Positions 29,247 to 40,211 of a stretch of 64,000 bases of DNA are shown in pieces. Source of the DNA: Candidatus Bathyarchaeia archaeon (GTDB taxonomy: Archaea; Thermoproteota; Bathyarchaeia; 40CM-2-53-6); contig JBEKSC010000008.1 in the NCBI GenBank assembly GCA_049517415.1, forward strand, positions 1 through 64,000, in the 5' to 3' direction. Each line of letters begins with the position of its first letter. Position 1 is the first letter of the stretch. Under the pieces are notes generated by a model. The model did not search any database, was not told where the DNA came from, and was given only the letters and a program-made list of their open reading frames with translations. Made by a program: the position numbers and the translations under genes.

Positions 29247-29960
29247 GTGTCCTGCATGGAGTCACTAAAACCGCCGGTGCCTGTTCAAGTTGCTGACATG
29301 CAGGCTTTCTCGCGGCTCGCACTCGGGTTAACGGAAGGCTCACAAATCCTCTGGTACTTCAAACACAAAGGAAAACATGTCTTGGGACTGTTCACAGCCT
29401 ACATGTACTGGGAAGGCGACCTCCCGATACTGGCCTACGCTTATTCGGATACCCCGCCGAAGGCCTTCCTCGCCTACAGAAGTGACTCAGTGAAAGGTGA
29501 AGAGTGGATGTTCACCGACGATGTAGATGATACTCGTTTCAGGTACGCCGCCTTCGTTGCATTGAAGACTGTTCCAGAAGCCTTCGCGCAGAGCCTGGAC
29601 GGCAAATCACCCGAATTGACTCCGCCAATGCTCGCTGAAGTCGACGACCTCAAGTCAATCGCCAGAATCCTGCTCCCACTATCGCTCCGGGAGGGAACAC
29701 TATTTCCGCTGTGGCACTTCATGCGGGGAAAGAAGCATATTATCGGTACATGTATTCCCTTCGAACATTACTACGAAGCAGATGCCCTGCCCGTCTTCTT
29801 TTACGTCTCCCAAGATGAAGCACCTGAAAAGAGTTTCATAAAGTACCTCGCGGTCAAACCGAGCGGCGAGAAAGTTGAATACTCGAACAACACAAGCGAC
29901 GCCAAATACTTCTACGCAAAACTCATCGACGTGAAGGACCTACCGATTTTTCCCAAGTGA
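29247..29960 (+). CDS. Hypothetical protein made of two tandem homologous domains
   Basis: LWYFKHKGKHVLG...DLPILAY...AFLAY versus LWHFMRGKKHIIG...ALPVFFY...SFIKY. Confidence 0.75.
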   Translation: MSCMESLKPPVPVQVADMQAFSRLALGLTEGSQILWYFKHKGKHVLGLFTAYMYWEGDLPILAYAYSDTPPKAFLAYRSDSVKGEEWMFTDDVDDTRFRYAAFVALKTVPEAFAQSLDGKSPELTPPMLAEVDDLKSIARILLPLSLREGTLFPLWHFMRGKKHIIGTCIPFEHYYEADALPVFFYVSQDEAPEKSFIKYLAVKPSGEKVEYSNNTSDAKYFYAKLIDVKDLPIFPK

Positions 29961-30017
29961 CTGCGAGTTTCATGGATTTTATTAGCCCCTCTGCTCTCTT
30001 TCCATGGAGGTAGCTGG

Positions 30018-30767
30018 GTGTCTTTTAGCGAGAAGATACGGAAAACTGCAGAAGCGAACAGGAGCAGAACAGTTCTCGCATTAGATTTGGAAGAACACGA
30101 CCCAAAACAGCTGGCGATAAAGAGTGAGAAGCTTCTTCAGAAGGTCGGCAAGCGCATCTGCGCGGTCAAGATTAACCGTCAATTGGTCATGTCATTAGGC
30201 ATGCGCGGGGGGGTTGACAGGGTCGTCGAATTAGCACACGACCTTGCGCTGCCTGCCATAATGGATGCGAAGCTAAACGACGTCGGCCACACGAACGAAT
30301 TCATGGCACGGTCATTCTTCGACATTGGTTTCGACGCCATCATAGCGAGCCCCGTTGTTGGATGGGAAAACGGCTTAGACAGAGTGTTCGCCCAAGCTAA
30401 TTCACGCGGAAGGGCAGTTATACTTCTCGTCTACATGAGTAATCCAGGCGCCGAGGCCTTCTACTCATTAGTTGGGGTGCAGGGAGGAGAGCCACCAAAG
30501 CCGGTTTTCGAACTTTTGGCGGGGATGGCGGTCCAATGGAAGGCACAGGGAGTTGTAGTCGGCGCTACCAAGCCTGAGGTAATTTCACGAGTGCGTGAAC
30601 TGGTTGGCCCAGGAATGGGGATTTACAGCCCGGGCGTCGGTGCCCAGGGAGGCGATCCTAGACAGGCATTGGATGCCGGTTCAACTTACATTATAGTAGG
30701 ACGAACGATTTACGGGTCTGCGGAACCTGAAAAGGCGGCTATGGAGTTCCAAGGCTTAGTCTCGTGA
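30018..30767 (+). CDS. pyrF: Orotidine-5'-phosphate decarboxylase
   Basis: VLALD, DAKLNDVGHT, VVGAT, PGVGAQGG, IVGRTI. Confidence 0.93.
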   Translation: MSFSEKIRKTAEANRSRTVLALDLEEHDPKQLAIKSEKLLQKVGKRICAVKINRQLVMSLGMRGGVDRVVELAHDLALPAIMDAKLNDVGHTNEFMARSFFDIGFDAIIASPVVGWENGLDRVFAQANSRGRAVILLVYMSNPGAEAFYSLVGVQGGEPPKPVFELLAGMAVQWKAQGVVVGATKPEVISRVRELVGPGMGIYSPGVGAQGGDPRQALDAGSTYIIVGRTIYGSAEPEKAAMEFQGLVS

Positions 30768-31007
30768 TTCATCATCATCCTACCATGTGACTAGCCGTCC
30801 ACACCCCTTGTGTGGTGTCCCCAAATGGCCCCCCGCCCTGCCACACCGATCCAAAAGATGTCTAGCCATTCTATACGCCAAATCTGTGCATGCGGTGGGC
30901 ATGGCCTGCACGGCCATTCCTTACGCCACGCCTTACTTGGAATATGTCAACTCCAAGACCAAGATTTTTATTTACCTACATTTGTAGCCGCTTACTAGTG
31001 TTTTCTC

Positions 31008-31340
31008 ATGGGTGGGGCAAAAAAGAAGAGCCTAGCGCAGATGGAGAAGCAGCAGGATCAACAGGACTCCGACAAGAAACCTGAACCAGCAAAGAAATCG
31101 AAAGGAAAGACAGTAGCAGAGAAGAGGACCGCTGGAATAGGTCTTCCAAATTTCGACGACCCTAAATTCACCGGTGAACTCTCAAAGATGGCAGCCCTCA
31201 CTCCCTACGCAATTGCCACGCAGTTCAACGTAAGAATCAGCGTTGCAAGGGACATCCTCGAGGAATTGGAGAGGCGCCGCCTGGTCAAATCGGTTGGCGG
31301 GAACGCGAGGATCAAAATCTACAAGCTAGCAGCAGCCTAG
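31008..31340 (+). CDS. rps25e: Ribosomal protein S25e
   Basis: MGGAKKKSLAQMEK N-tail; winged helix LTPYAIATQFNVRISVARDILEELE...IKIY. Confidence 0.88.
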   Translation: MGGAKKKSLAQMEKQQDQQDSDKKPEPAKKSKGKTVAEKRTAGIGLPNFDDPKFTGELSKMAALTPYAIATQFNVRISVARDILEELERRRLVKSVGGNARIKIYKLAAA

Positions 31341-31756
31341 ACTTTCTCAACTCGTATTTTTGTACCACTCTTCAGCTTCGCAAATAGCTCCAGGTTACTA
31401 GTTATCTTTCCAACTAGATTGACGGGGCTGTAAGGCTGTGTTGCGCCGTAGAAGACGCACAAGGCTGAACCCATAGGCCAATATGCAATAGTCCCAACGT
31501 CAACGTTGCTCTTTGCCTTCTCAACACCTAGCCTCACAGGAGTTTCGAAATAGATTTCTTCCTTCCATCTTGCCGCGCGTCCTTCAAAAGGTAAAGCCTT
31601 GGCCAAATTATCAACAGTCATTGGACTCTGAAAACGAATTAATTCACCTTCGGCTTCGCCGAAACCTTCTGCAACCAATCTAACCTTGTAACGGCTTACG
31701 TCGGTTTCCAGCGGTTTAGCGGTCAGTTCAGTAGGTGGTAACGAATTGGTAGACAT
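31337..31756 (-). CDS. Cyclophilin-like fold protein (DUF369 type)
   Basis: ALPFEG, WKEEIYF, GTIAYWPMGSALCVFYG, PYSPVNLVG. Confidence 0.85.
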   Translation of the reverse strand: MSTNSLPPTELTAKPLETDVSRYKVRLVAEGFGEAEGELIRFQSPMTVDNLAKALPFEGRAARWKEEIYFETPVRLGVEKAKSNVDVGTIAYWPMGSALCVFYGATQPYSPVNLVGKITSNLELFAKLKSGTKIRVEKV

Positions 31757-31925
31757 GGCTTTTCCTCTACGAAGTCACTAGTCGTAGGAGAATCACATTT
31801 GGGGTTGCCTTCTTAAAAATTGGACATGTCAGAGCCCCGTTATGCCAAATGACCTTGAAATGTGTAGTTTTCTGACAAAAAGGATAACTACCGCCGTTTT
31901 CTAGCCGCCCGAGAGGCATCGTGAC

Positions 31926-33266
31926 TTGAGTGGTCGTGTTCGAACAATAATAATGGGGGCTGCTGGAAGAGACTTCCACAATTTCAACGTCTATTTCAGG
32001 AACAACCCAGACTACGAAGTGGTCGCCTTTACTGCCACACAGATCCCGGGAATCGAGGGACGCACATACCCAACCGATCTTTCTGGGAAAATGTATCCGA
32101 ACGGCATCCCAATTTTCCCTGAGGACGACCTGTCCAAGCTCATTAAAGAGAAGAATATCGACTTGGTCGTATTGGCTTACAGTGACCTCTCGTACGACGA
32201 AGTTATGCACAAAGCCTCTCAAGTCCTTGCGTCCGGTGCAGATTTCAGGTTGATGGGACCCAAAACGACGATGCTCAAGTCAAGATTGCCAGTGATCTCT
32301 GTCTGCGCGGTAAGAACCGGCGCTGGCAAGAGTACGGTCTCGCGCTCCGTTTCCAAGTCCCTAAAGAAAATTGCAGGCAGAGTTGTCGTCATTCGACATC
32401 CCATGCCATACGGAACTCTCTCGAACGAGATTTGCGAACGTTTCGCGACATACGACGACATGAAACGTCATGAGTGCACTATTGAAGAGCGTGAGGAATA
32501 CGAACCTCACATCGACATTGGCAACATTGTATACGCAGGCGTTGACTACGAGAAGATCTTGCGTGAGGCTGAGAAGGAGGCAGATGTGATACTATGGGAC
32601 GGCGGAAACAACGACCTGCCTTTCTACTATCCGGACCTTCAAATCGTGGTTGTTGACCCGCAACGACCCGGGGATGAAGTTCGATATTACCCAGGGGAGG
32701 CTAACCTAAGAATGGCTGACGTTGTCCTCATAAACAAAGTCGACTCTTCAACACCCGAAGCCATAGAGACTGTTCGGAAGAACGTGAAACGCGTAAGGCC
32801 TGAGGCAAAGGTTGTCGAAGCAGCCTCTGAGATTCAAGTTGACGACATCGCGCACATACGCGGTAAGAGGGTGGTTGCAATTGAGGACGGGCCAACAGTT
32901 ACCCATGGCGGATTAAAGGAAGGAGTCGGTGCCCTAGCAGCAAGGAAGTACGGTGCAAAGGAACTTATCGACCCCAGACCGTTCGCCGTAGGGTCGATCA
33001 AGCGAACATACGAGAAGTACCCTCACCTCGGCCAGGTATTGCCAGCCATGGGATATGGTGAGAAGCAGATCAAAGAACTGGAACAAACAATCGCAGCTAT
33101 CGATTGCGATTCACTAATCTACGGGACACCGATTGATTTGAAGCGAATTATGAATGTGCCGAAACCTGCGGTTAGAGTCCGGTACGAGATTCGCGAAACT
33201 ACGAGGCCGACACTAGATGAAATCCTCAGTTCAATGCCTATTTTGGTGACGGCAAAGTCACGTTAG
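31926..33266 (+). CDS. P-loop GTPase-like protein of the cyclic 2,3-diphosphoglycerate synthetase family
   Basis: GAAGRDFHNFN, RTGAGKS, RHPMPYG, EEREEYE, WDGGNND, EDGPTVTHGG. Confidence 0.85.
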   Translation: MSGRVRTIIMGAAGRDFHNFNVYFRNNPDYEVVAFTATQIPGIEGRTYPTDLSGKMYPNGIPIFPEDDLSKLIKEKNIDLVVLAYSDLSYDEVMHKASQVLASGADFRLMGPKTTMLKSRLPVISVCAVRTGAGKSTVSRSVSKSLKKIAGRVVVIRHPMPYGTLSNEICERFATYDDMKRHECTIEEREEYEPHIDIGNIVYAGVDYEKILREAEKEADVILWDGGNNDLPFYYPDLQIVVVDPQRPGDEVRYYPGEANLRMADVVLINKVDSSTPEAIETVRKNVKRVRPEAKVVEAASEIQVDDIAHIRGKRVVAIEDGPTVTHGGLKEGVGALAARKYGAKELIDPRPFAVGSIKRTYEKYPHLGQVLPAMGYGEKQIKELEQTIAAIDCDSLIYGTPIDLKRIMNVPKPAVRVRYEIRETTRPTLDEILSSMPILVTAKSR

Positions 33267-34421
33267 AACTCGCTTCATGGTATCGAAGATATAATTCAAC
33301 TCGGCTTCAGTGAGCCTCGGGTGGACGGGCACTGAAAAGACCTGCCTACAAGCTTTCTCAGTCTCAGGAAGAGGTCGGCGTGACGTAGTGCGCTCACGGT
33401 ATAGCGGGAGCAGGTGCAAAGGAGATTCATAATAGACCGCAGCCTCGATGTTCCTTGACCGAAGCTTTTCGATGATCTTATTGCGCTTCCCCGCATTCGC
33501 TCCATGCAATCTAAGCGTGTAAAGATACCATGCACTCTTCCTGCCCTCCGGCTCCTTAGGAGGCACTACCTTACCTAGAACTCCAAGCTTCTCTCCTAGA
33601 AATTCCGCGTTCTTTCTTCTTTTCTCCAAGAAAGAAGGCAGTTTCTTCAATTGGGCGGTCCCCACAGCGGCAAGTAATTCCGTCATCCTGTAATTGTTTC
33701 CGACCATCACCGGCCAGTACGGGCGTTGTTCCCCGTGAGATCTAATCATCCGTAATCTCTCAGAGTAATCATCATCGTTCGTGGTGACCATGCCGCCCTC
33801 GCCCGTGGTCATGTTCTTCCCCGCGTACATGCTGAAACAGGTCATGTCACCGATGGATCCAATTTTGGACCCCCTGTATTCGGCGCCGTGGGCTTGGGCC
33901 GCGTCCTCAATCAATGTCACTCCACGATCTCTGGCCAATTTCTTCAATGGGTCCAAGTCCGCCGGCAACCCGTATAGATGAACCGGCATGATGACTTTTG
34001 TATTCCGCGTCATAACGGCCTCGACTGTTTCGGCAGTTATTGTGTAGGTGTCGGGATCTATGTCGGCGAATATTGGTTCGCCCCCCGCCATTAGGACAAC
34101 CTCCGCGGTTGCATGAAACGTAAAGGATGGGATGATCACTTCGTCCCCTGGTTTAACGCCAGCGATGACGACGGCGGAGTGAAGGGCGGCGGTACCACTG
34201 CTCAAAGCCACGGCATGCTTGGCGCCGACATAATGCGCGAATTCTTTCTCGAATTCTAGGACCCGGGGGCCCATCCCACTCTTCTCAGTCAGAATGCCGC
34301 TCTTCAAAACCTCTGTCACCGCATCAATCTCTTCTTTTCCGATAATTGGTTGGTTTATTCGAATTAGGTCGCGCATAATGATCTTCTCGAGGTCGGGTTC
34401 GTTGTCTACTGGAGCGTTCAT
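33258..34421 (-). CDS. DegT/DnrJ/EryC1/StrS PLP-dependent aminotransferase
   Basis: SSGTAALH, PVHLYG, IEDAAQAHG, SMYAGKNMTTGEGG. Confidence 0.93.
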   Translation of the reverse strand: MNAPVDNEPDLEKIIMRDLIRINQPIIGKEEIDAVTEVLKSGILTEKSGMGPRVLEFEKEFAHYVGAKHAVALSSGTAALHSAVVIAGVKPGDEVIIPSFTFHATAEVVLMAGGEPIFADIDPDTYTITAETVEAVMTRNTKVIMPVHLYGLPADLDPLKKLARDRGVTLIEDAAQAHGAEYRGSKIGSIGDMTCFSMYAGKNMTTGEGGMVTTNDDDYSERLRMIRSHGEQRPYWPVMVGNNYRMTELLAAVGTAQLKKLPSFLEKRRKNAEFLGEKLGVLGKVVPPKEPEGRKSAWYLYTLRLHGANAGKRNKIIEKLRSRNIEAAVYYESPLHLLPLYRERTTSRRPLPETEKACRQVFSVPVHPRLTEAELNYIFDTMKRVLT

Positions 34422-34742
34422 CTAAAGGTATTGCTGAGTATGGAACGATTTCAGGGGCCGATATGGACATGGTTTTGATTTGCGCTGAACGTTAGGGACA
34501 TGAACCTCCAACTAAGAACTGCTGAGAGGTCAATCCAGAAATAATCCGACAGGCCACCGCTTGCAAGGCTATTGGATCTTCGGTAACCACGGCTGGATCT
34601 GATGCATAAGGAGAGCATCAAGCTTGGGCATCAACGTTCGAGGCTTGCGGCATCGAAATCAAAGGCCGAAATAAGTGGCTAACAATCATCCAAAACGCAA
34701 GTCAAAAGTAGCTCACGCAACCGACTATACATCTGACTCAAC

Positions 34743-34985
34743 ATGCCGATAGATGTGAATGAGGCAGACCGCTCGCGTGTCGAAGGAATGATTCGGGCGT
34801 ATCTACATTCCAAAGTCTCAATCGCACAAGTTAGAGGGGCAGTCAGTTCCTCATCCTTTAGACGAGGGGGACTTAGAGCTATCCTTGACGAAGTCGAGGT
34901 AAGTACCTCAGCGCTATCTGAGGATGAAAGAGGTAAGCTTATGGCCGTTTTGAAGGCCGAGCTTCAAAAGTCGGGTTTTCTCTAG
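34743..34985 (+). CDS. Small hypothetical protein
   Basis: 80-aa ORF with plausible helical composition in an otherwise empty intergenic region. Confidence 0.5.
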   Translation: MPIDVNEADRSRVEGMIRAYLHSKVSIAQVRGAVSSSSFRRGGLRAILDEVEVSTSALSEDERGKLMAVLKAELQKSGFL

Positions 34986-35120
34986 AGCTATCAAACGAAC
35001 GGTAACAGCCCCAAAGAGCGGCTCTTACCAAACGCAGAGGTACCAGAACCAGACAACAATAACCTTATATGAAATTGCTTTTTGTTGGAGAGCCGTTCAC
35101 GTTAGCGGAGGCTTTCAGGT

Positions 35121-36764
35121 TTGTCGGCGATTATCGGTGGGCAGCGGGCCCAAATACTCAAAGAAGGAACTTCTAGCACCCAGGGGCGCGAAGCCCTACA
35201 CGCCGATATTATGGCTGCCATGGTTATCGCAGAGGCGGTCCGGTCTTCTCTTGGACCTAAAGGCATGGATAAAATGCTCGTCGATGGTTTCGGTGACGTC
35301 ACCATCACCAATGACGGCGCAACGATTCTCGACGAGATGGATGTACAACACCCGACAGCAAAAATGATGGTGGAAGTCGCCAAAACACAAGATGACGAAG
35401 TAGGAGACGGAACCACCACTGCGGTCGTCTTAGCTGCCGAACTACTTTCGAAGGCACAGGTCTTAATGGACAAGGATGTCCATCCAACGGTAATTATTGA
35501 CGGCTACCAGATAGCGAGCGAGAAGGCGCTCGAGTTTATGCGCAAAATCGCAACCAAAGTCAATCCGACCGACAAGGTAATGCTAAAGAAAATCGCCAAA
35601 GTCGCCCTCGCCTCAAAGTTAGTGGCAGAGCACAAGGACTTTGTTGCGGACCTTGCCGTTAAGGCCGTTCTTCATGTAGCTGAGAAGACGGGAACTAATT
35701 ACAAGGCTGATCTTGACGACATCAAGGTGGAAAAGAAACCAGGGGGATCCTTGACCGATACGGCGCTCATTCAAGGTGTAGTGCTCGACAAAGAGGTCGT
35801 TCACCCTGGAATGCCACGCCGAGTTGAGAATGCGAGAATTGCACTCTTGAATTGTCCGTTCGAAGTAGAGAAAACTGAGTTCGACGCCAAACTAAACGTC
35901 AAGACTCCAGACCAAATGAAAGGTTTCCTTAACGAGGAAGAGAAGATTCTGCGGGAGATGGTGGACCGTGTCGTGTCCAGCGGGGCGAACGTGGTCATTT
36001 GCGAGAAGGGGATCGATGATATGGCGCAGCACTTCATGGCTAAGAAGAATGTGTTGGCCGTTAGGCGTGTGAAAGAATCTGACATGGAGAAGCTTGCTAA
36101 GGCCACAGGTGCGACTACCCTCACGCAACTCGAAGACTTGAAGGCCTCCGACTTAGGGCGGGCAAACCTAGTAGAAGAACGTAAGGTTTCAGACGATAAG
36201 ATGACGTTTGTCGAAGGATGCAAGAACCCGAAGGCTGTCAGTATTCTCGTTCGAGGGGGGACCGAGAGGGTTGTCGATGAAGCGGAGCGCGCGATTCACG
36301 ATGCGTTGTCCGTGGTTCGTGATGTTGTGCTGGAACCCCAGGTTGTCGCAGGTGGCGGATCTCCCGAAGCCGAGGTAGCACGAATGCTTAGGAGCTATGC
36401 TCAGAGATTGTCGGGGAAGGAGCAGCTAGCGATTCAGGCCTACGCTGATGGATTGGAGATTATTCCACTGACCCTAGCTGAAAACGCTGGAATGGACCCG
36501 ATAAATTCCCTAATGGAAATTAGGTCGAAACATCAATCCAAACAAAAATCGGTAGGGATCGACCCCTACAAGGGGGAAGTCTCAGACCTTGCAAAACTCG
36601 AAGTTTATGAGCCCCTTTCCGTTAAGGTGCAAGCTCTGAAATCCGCTGGCGAAGCCGCCGCCATGATTCTGAGGATTGACGACATCATAGCGGCCTCAAA
36701 GTCGAAGGAAGCGCCCAAGGGGCCAGAAAAAAGTGCCAAAGAAGAAGGAGACGGCGAGTCCTAG
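35121..36764 (+). CDS. ths: Thermosome (group II chaperonin) subunit
   Basis: [37 protein letters not shown]. Confidence 0.97.
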   Translation: MSAIIGGQRAQILKEGTSSTQGREALHADIMAAMVIAEAVRSSLGPKGMDKMLVDGFGDVTITNDGATILDEMDVQHPTAKMMVEVAKTQDDEVGDGTTTAVVLAAELLSKAQVLMDKDVHPTVIIDGYQIASEKALEFMRKIATKVNPTDKVMLKKIAKVALASKLVAEHKDFVADLAVKAVLHVAEKTGTNYKADLDDIKVEKKPGGSLTDTALIQGVVLDKEVVHPGMPRRVENARIALLNCPFEVEKTEFDAKLNVKTPDQMKGFLNEEEKILREMVDRVVSSGANVVICEKGIDDMAQHFMAKKNVLAVRRVKESDMEKLAKATGATTLTQLEDLKASDLGRANLVEERKVSDDKMTFVEGCKNPKAVSILVRGGTERVVDEAERAIHDALSVVRDVVLEPQVVAGGGSPEAEVARMLRSYAQRLSGKEQLAIQAYADGLEIIPLTLAENAGMDPINSLMEIRSKHQSKQKSVGIDPYKGEVSDLAKLEVYEPLSVKVQALKSAGEAAAMILRIDDIIAASKSKEAPKGPEKSAKEEGDGES

Positions 36765-37032
36765 GAAAACGATCCAGCTCATCGGTCCGAAGAAACTAAC
36801 GCGTTTTGAACGCGCTCGGATCGTGGGTGCGAGAGCTCTACAAATATCCATGGGTGCGCCTGTACTCTTGGACGTGCCCGAATCGATTAAGTCGCCGATA
36901 GAACTTGCTGAACTTGAACTTCAGGAAGGAGCACTTCCTATTAGCATTCGACGAGCCCTACCAGATGGAACCAGTATGAATATTCCACTCAAGACACTTC
37001 TTGAAGGCGAGCGGGAAGAAGCGGAACTATAG
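36733..37032 (+). CDS. rpoK: RNA polymerase subunit Rpo6/K
   Basis: LTRFERARIVGARALQISMGAP, LPISIRRALPDG. Confidence 0.95.
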   Translation: MPKKKETASPRKTIQLIGPKKLTRFERARIVGARALQISMGAPVLLDVPESIKSPIELAELELQEGALPISIRRALPDGTSMNIPLKTLLEGEREEAEL

Positions 37033-37033
37033 T

Positions 37034-37246
37034 TTGGCAGACTCGCCAAGCTCAACAGACGAAAGAAGACTTTGGCTCTTTGCCTTCCTAATCCTTTTGC
37101 TCGTCTCCATATGGATGCTAACAATGCACCTCTTGAACAGTGCATTCTTGGCTTTGGATTTCGAGGTTTCACTCATCTATCTCCCCACGTTACTTGCAGG
37201 ATTGATTGCTCTCTACCTTTCCCTAAAAACGAAAGCTAGTCAGTAG
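37034..37246 (+). CDS. Small two-TM membrane protein
   Basis: TTG immediately after the rpoK stop; two hydrophobic segments. Confidence 0.5.
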   Translation: MADSPSSTDERRLWLFAFLILLLVSIWMLTMHLLNSAFLALDFEVSLIYLPTLLAGLIALYLSLKTKASQ

Positions 37247-37528
37247 ATATGGGAATGATATTCATGTTGACAGTTAGTTTTCATAAATGCGCCCAAAGAA
37301 TCTCCACGACAATGCGGCTTCAGATAATGTGCTTGCAATCCGCGGCTTTACAGTAGAATTGGAGGGAACTACATTCGAAACCTTCTAAGGAACTTTGTAA
37401 GTCGCTTGCGATGCACCCGCCCCGTCTAGGTTGAAATGTAGCCTATTGGCCGGCGAGATGATGCCGTTTCGGGGCATAATGGTTCCATTCGACTCCTGCC
37501 TGAGTCCTTGCTTCCTCCCTGATTGGGC

Positions 37529-37897
37529 CTATGGTCCACGGCCATACCCATATCTTGCGTAGGGCAGTATTGGGCCTGAGTAGAATGGCAAAGTAAATCG
37601 TGGCGGGGAGTGGCGGGTAGAACACATCGGGCAGTAGGCGTTTCCAAAAATGTACTGTTTGCAGCTCATGCAGATCGGTACTCCACACATGGCACAATTG
37701 GTCTGGCTCGGAAGCCAAGGATGGTAAACGCAACCCCCAGCCCGTCCAATGGGCTGGAATAAATTCGTCGCTGTTTCAGTGCGTTCAGGGCTCTCATAGG
37801 CGGGGGGAACTACGACCGATTGGCCGCATTTCAAACAGTAGTTGGCTATGTCTCTGTTTTCAGCTCCGCACGTTGCGCACTTGATCAATCCGACCAC
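37529..37897 (-). CDS. Zinc-ribbon plus B-box-like protein
   Basis: CATC/CLKC ribbon, then CVYHP...CAMC...ICMSC...YCPMC. Confidence 0.7.
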   Translation of the reverse strand: MVGLIKCATCGAENRDIANYCLKCGQSVVVPPAYESPERTETATNLFQPIGRAGGCVYHPWLPSQTNCAMCGVPICMSCKQYIFGNAYCPMCSTRHSPPRFTLPFYSGPILPYARYGYGRGP

Positions 37898-38105
37898 ACA
37901 GAATAAAACGTGTACGAGGGTGTTAATATTATCTCAGTTTCTCTGCAACTTGAAAATCTTATGAGCACCGAGGTCTCAACTTGCAGCCGGAATCGCCATG
38001 TCGCTGACCAGCTGTCCGAGATTCGGTGGCCCACTTGAGTTTATCTCGGGCAACAGGACAAGGTCGAAGTGCGCGAATTGCGGTTTCTACGACGATTGTA
38101 GTTAG

Positions 38106-38750
38106 GTGAATGTGATGCGGTACGAGGATGTTCTCGATTATGTCCAACGGCTGGTCGGGGAAGGAGACAGGCTGCAAGAATGGGTCTATGCAAAGTCGCA
38201 GGAACTAAGAGATTTGGGAGTTTTTCCTATCGACCCCACAAGGGGGCGCTTCTTGGAATTGCTGGCTCGGATGACAAGCCCTAGTCGAGTCCTCGAGATT
38301 GGCTCGGGGGCCGGCTACAGTGCGCTCTGGTTCATGAAAGGCATGGGTGGGAAGGGGAAGTTGGACGCAATCGAAGTCAACCCAGAAGTTGTAGAAGTTC
38401 TGAGAAACGTCACGAAAAAAGCAGGTTTGCAAAGGCGGATCCGGATTCATCATGGACCAGCCTTAGCGATGCTTCGCAAAATGAATGGGCCTTACGACAT
38501 AGTCTTCATAGACGCCGACAAGGACGAATACCCTGCCTACTTGGACCACGCTCTCAGACTAACCAAGGCGAGAAGCGCTATCTTGGCGGATAATATGTTG
38601 TGGAGTGGCGCCACTGTCCTAGGTGATACGCGAAGGGAAGGCGTGCATGGAATAATGGATTACACAAAGCGCATCTTCGCTGACAAGAGATTGTTCAGCA
38701 TAATCATCCCACTAGGAGACGGACTGGCGGTAAGCTATCGAATCAAATAG
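38106..38750 (+). CDS. Class I SAM-dependent O-methyltransferase
   Basis: VLEIGSGAGYS, FIDADK, ADNMLWSG, PLGDGL. Confidence 0.9.
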   Translation: MNVMRYEDVLDYVQRLVGEGDRLQEWVYAKSQELRDLGVFPIDPTRGRFLELLARMTSPSRVLEIGSGAGYSALWFMKGMGGKGKLDAIEVNPEVVEVLRNVTKKAGLQRRIRIHHGPALAMLRKMNGPYDIVFIDADKDEYPAYLDHALRLTKARSAILADNMLWSGATVLGDTRREGVHGIMDYTKRIFADKRLFSIIIPLGDGLAVSYRIK

Positions 38751-38811
38751 TCCGAAGTTCTCCGATAAACCCATAAAGCCGCCAGCGTTCGAAGCAGACG
38801 CGTTCACGTCG

Positions 38812-40170
38812 ATGCTAAGGATTACGAAGACGGGGGCACTGAAGGTGTCCCTGTTCGGAATCGTCACTGTAATCATAGTAGAAAGCTTAGCGGCAATGGC
38901 GACGGGAAGCCTAGCTCTTCTAAGCGATTCCGCCCATGCCTCCTTCGATGCAATATCCACTTTGATCTTGCTGGTTGCAACGAGGCTCTCATTGAAACCC
39001 GCGGATGAAGATCACACTTATGGCCACGGAAAAATTGAATCACTAGGCGCCCTCATTGGTGGTTTTGTCCTCTTAATCCTAGCAATAGGAATCGTCGCTG
39101 CAGCAGTATTTCGTTTGAGCGTTGGGGGTGCGATCCACCCCACTCTATTCGGGTATGCTGCTGCGGCATACACGATCGGCATAGACATCTTGAGGCTAGC
39201 AGTATTGACCTCGGCATTGAAGACGGGGAGCCTATCGGTCCGAGCCGATCTTTACCATGCGGTGGCGGACCTCTTTTACACTTCGCTCGTCTTTGTTGCA
39301 TTAGGATTAGTGTCCTTAGGTTACGCTGTAGGCGATACAGCAATATCACTCGTGCTCGCAATGTTGCTCGGGTATCTGAGCATTCGGCTGATTCATGCAT
39401 CAATGCTCGACCTCAGTGACGCCGTATCCGGCAAACTCGTTCAATCAATTCTTCGCGAAATTCGGAAGACCGAAGAGGTGCTCAAAATAAAGGAACTTCG
39501 CGCGCGCCGAGTTGGGCAGATAACCTATGTCGACGCTGTAGTAGCTGTTTCACCCTTTGCAGGAATTGCAGATGCCGACACGATCGCTTCAAAGATTGAA
39601 GACAATCTCACGAAACTTCTAGGTAAATCCTCAATACTGATTCACTTAGAGCCCCTAGAATGGGACATACCACTTGAGTTGAAGATTCGGCACGCGACAA
39701 GCCGGGTTGAAGGCGCCCGAGGGCTCCATAACTTAACGGTAACGAAGATAGGCAGCGGGTTGTACGTGACACTTCACGTTCAGGTCGATCCTTCATTGCC
39801 ACTTGAGAAAGCGCATGAAATAGCAAAGTCCATAGAAGATGGGATAGAGAAATCTGTGCCGGAAGTGCGACAGGTTACGGTTCACTTGGAACCATCGATG
39901 CCTGAGAGCGGCAAGGGAACTTTCGTCGACGACAGATATATATCGGAAACGATCAGGTCAGTGGTTCAAGCGTACACGGATGTAATTGAAATCAACGGAA
40001 TCACGACCTATGAAACTGAAGGGAAATTGCACATCAACGTTCACTGTCTGTTCGCAAGGGAAGCTCTTATTTCAGAAATACATGAGATGATATCACAAAT
40101 CGAAGAGAGCGTGAGGCAAGAAATCAACAATGCAATTGTAACAATACATCCCGAGCCTACCCCACGGTAG
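38812..40170 (+). CDS. Cation diffusion facilitator with three C-terminal domains
   Basis: GSLALLSDSAH, PADEDHTYGHGKIE, HAVAD; three repeats ending IHLEP/VHLEP/IHPEP. Confidence 0.92.
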   Translation: MLRITKTGALKVSLFGIVTVIIVESLAAMATGSLALLSDSAHASFDAISTLILLVATRLSLKPADEDHTYGHGKIESLGALIGGFVLLILAIGIVAAAVFRLSVGGAIHPTLFGYAAAAYTIGIDILRLAVLTSALKTGSLSVRADLYHAVADLFYTSLVFVALGLVSLGYAVGDTAISLVLAMLLGYLSIRLIHASMLDLSDAVSGKLVQSILREIRKTEEVLKIKELRARRVGQITYVDAVVAVSPFAGIADADTIASKIEDNLTKLLGKSSILIHLEPLEWDIPLELKIRHATSRVEGARGLHNLTVTKIGSGLYVTLHVQVDPSLPLEKAHEIAKSIEDGIEKSVPEVRQVTVHLEPSMPESGKGTFVDDRYISETIRSVVQAYTDVIEINGITTYETEGKLHINVHCLFAREALISEIHEMISQIEESVRQEINNAIVTIHPEPTPR

Positions 40171-40211
40171 GCCTCCCGTGATAGGGACGATGTGACTCCT
40201 TTTCCGAAAGA

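Noticed and set aside
30780..31000. Small ORFs or ncRNA between pyrF and rps25e
   Set aside because: Several overlapping short ORFs without motifs and no convincing RNA structure
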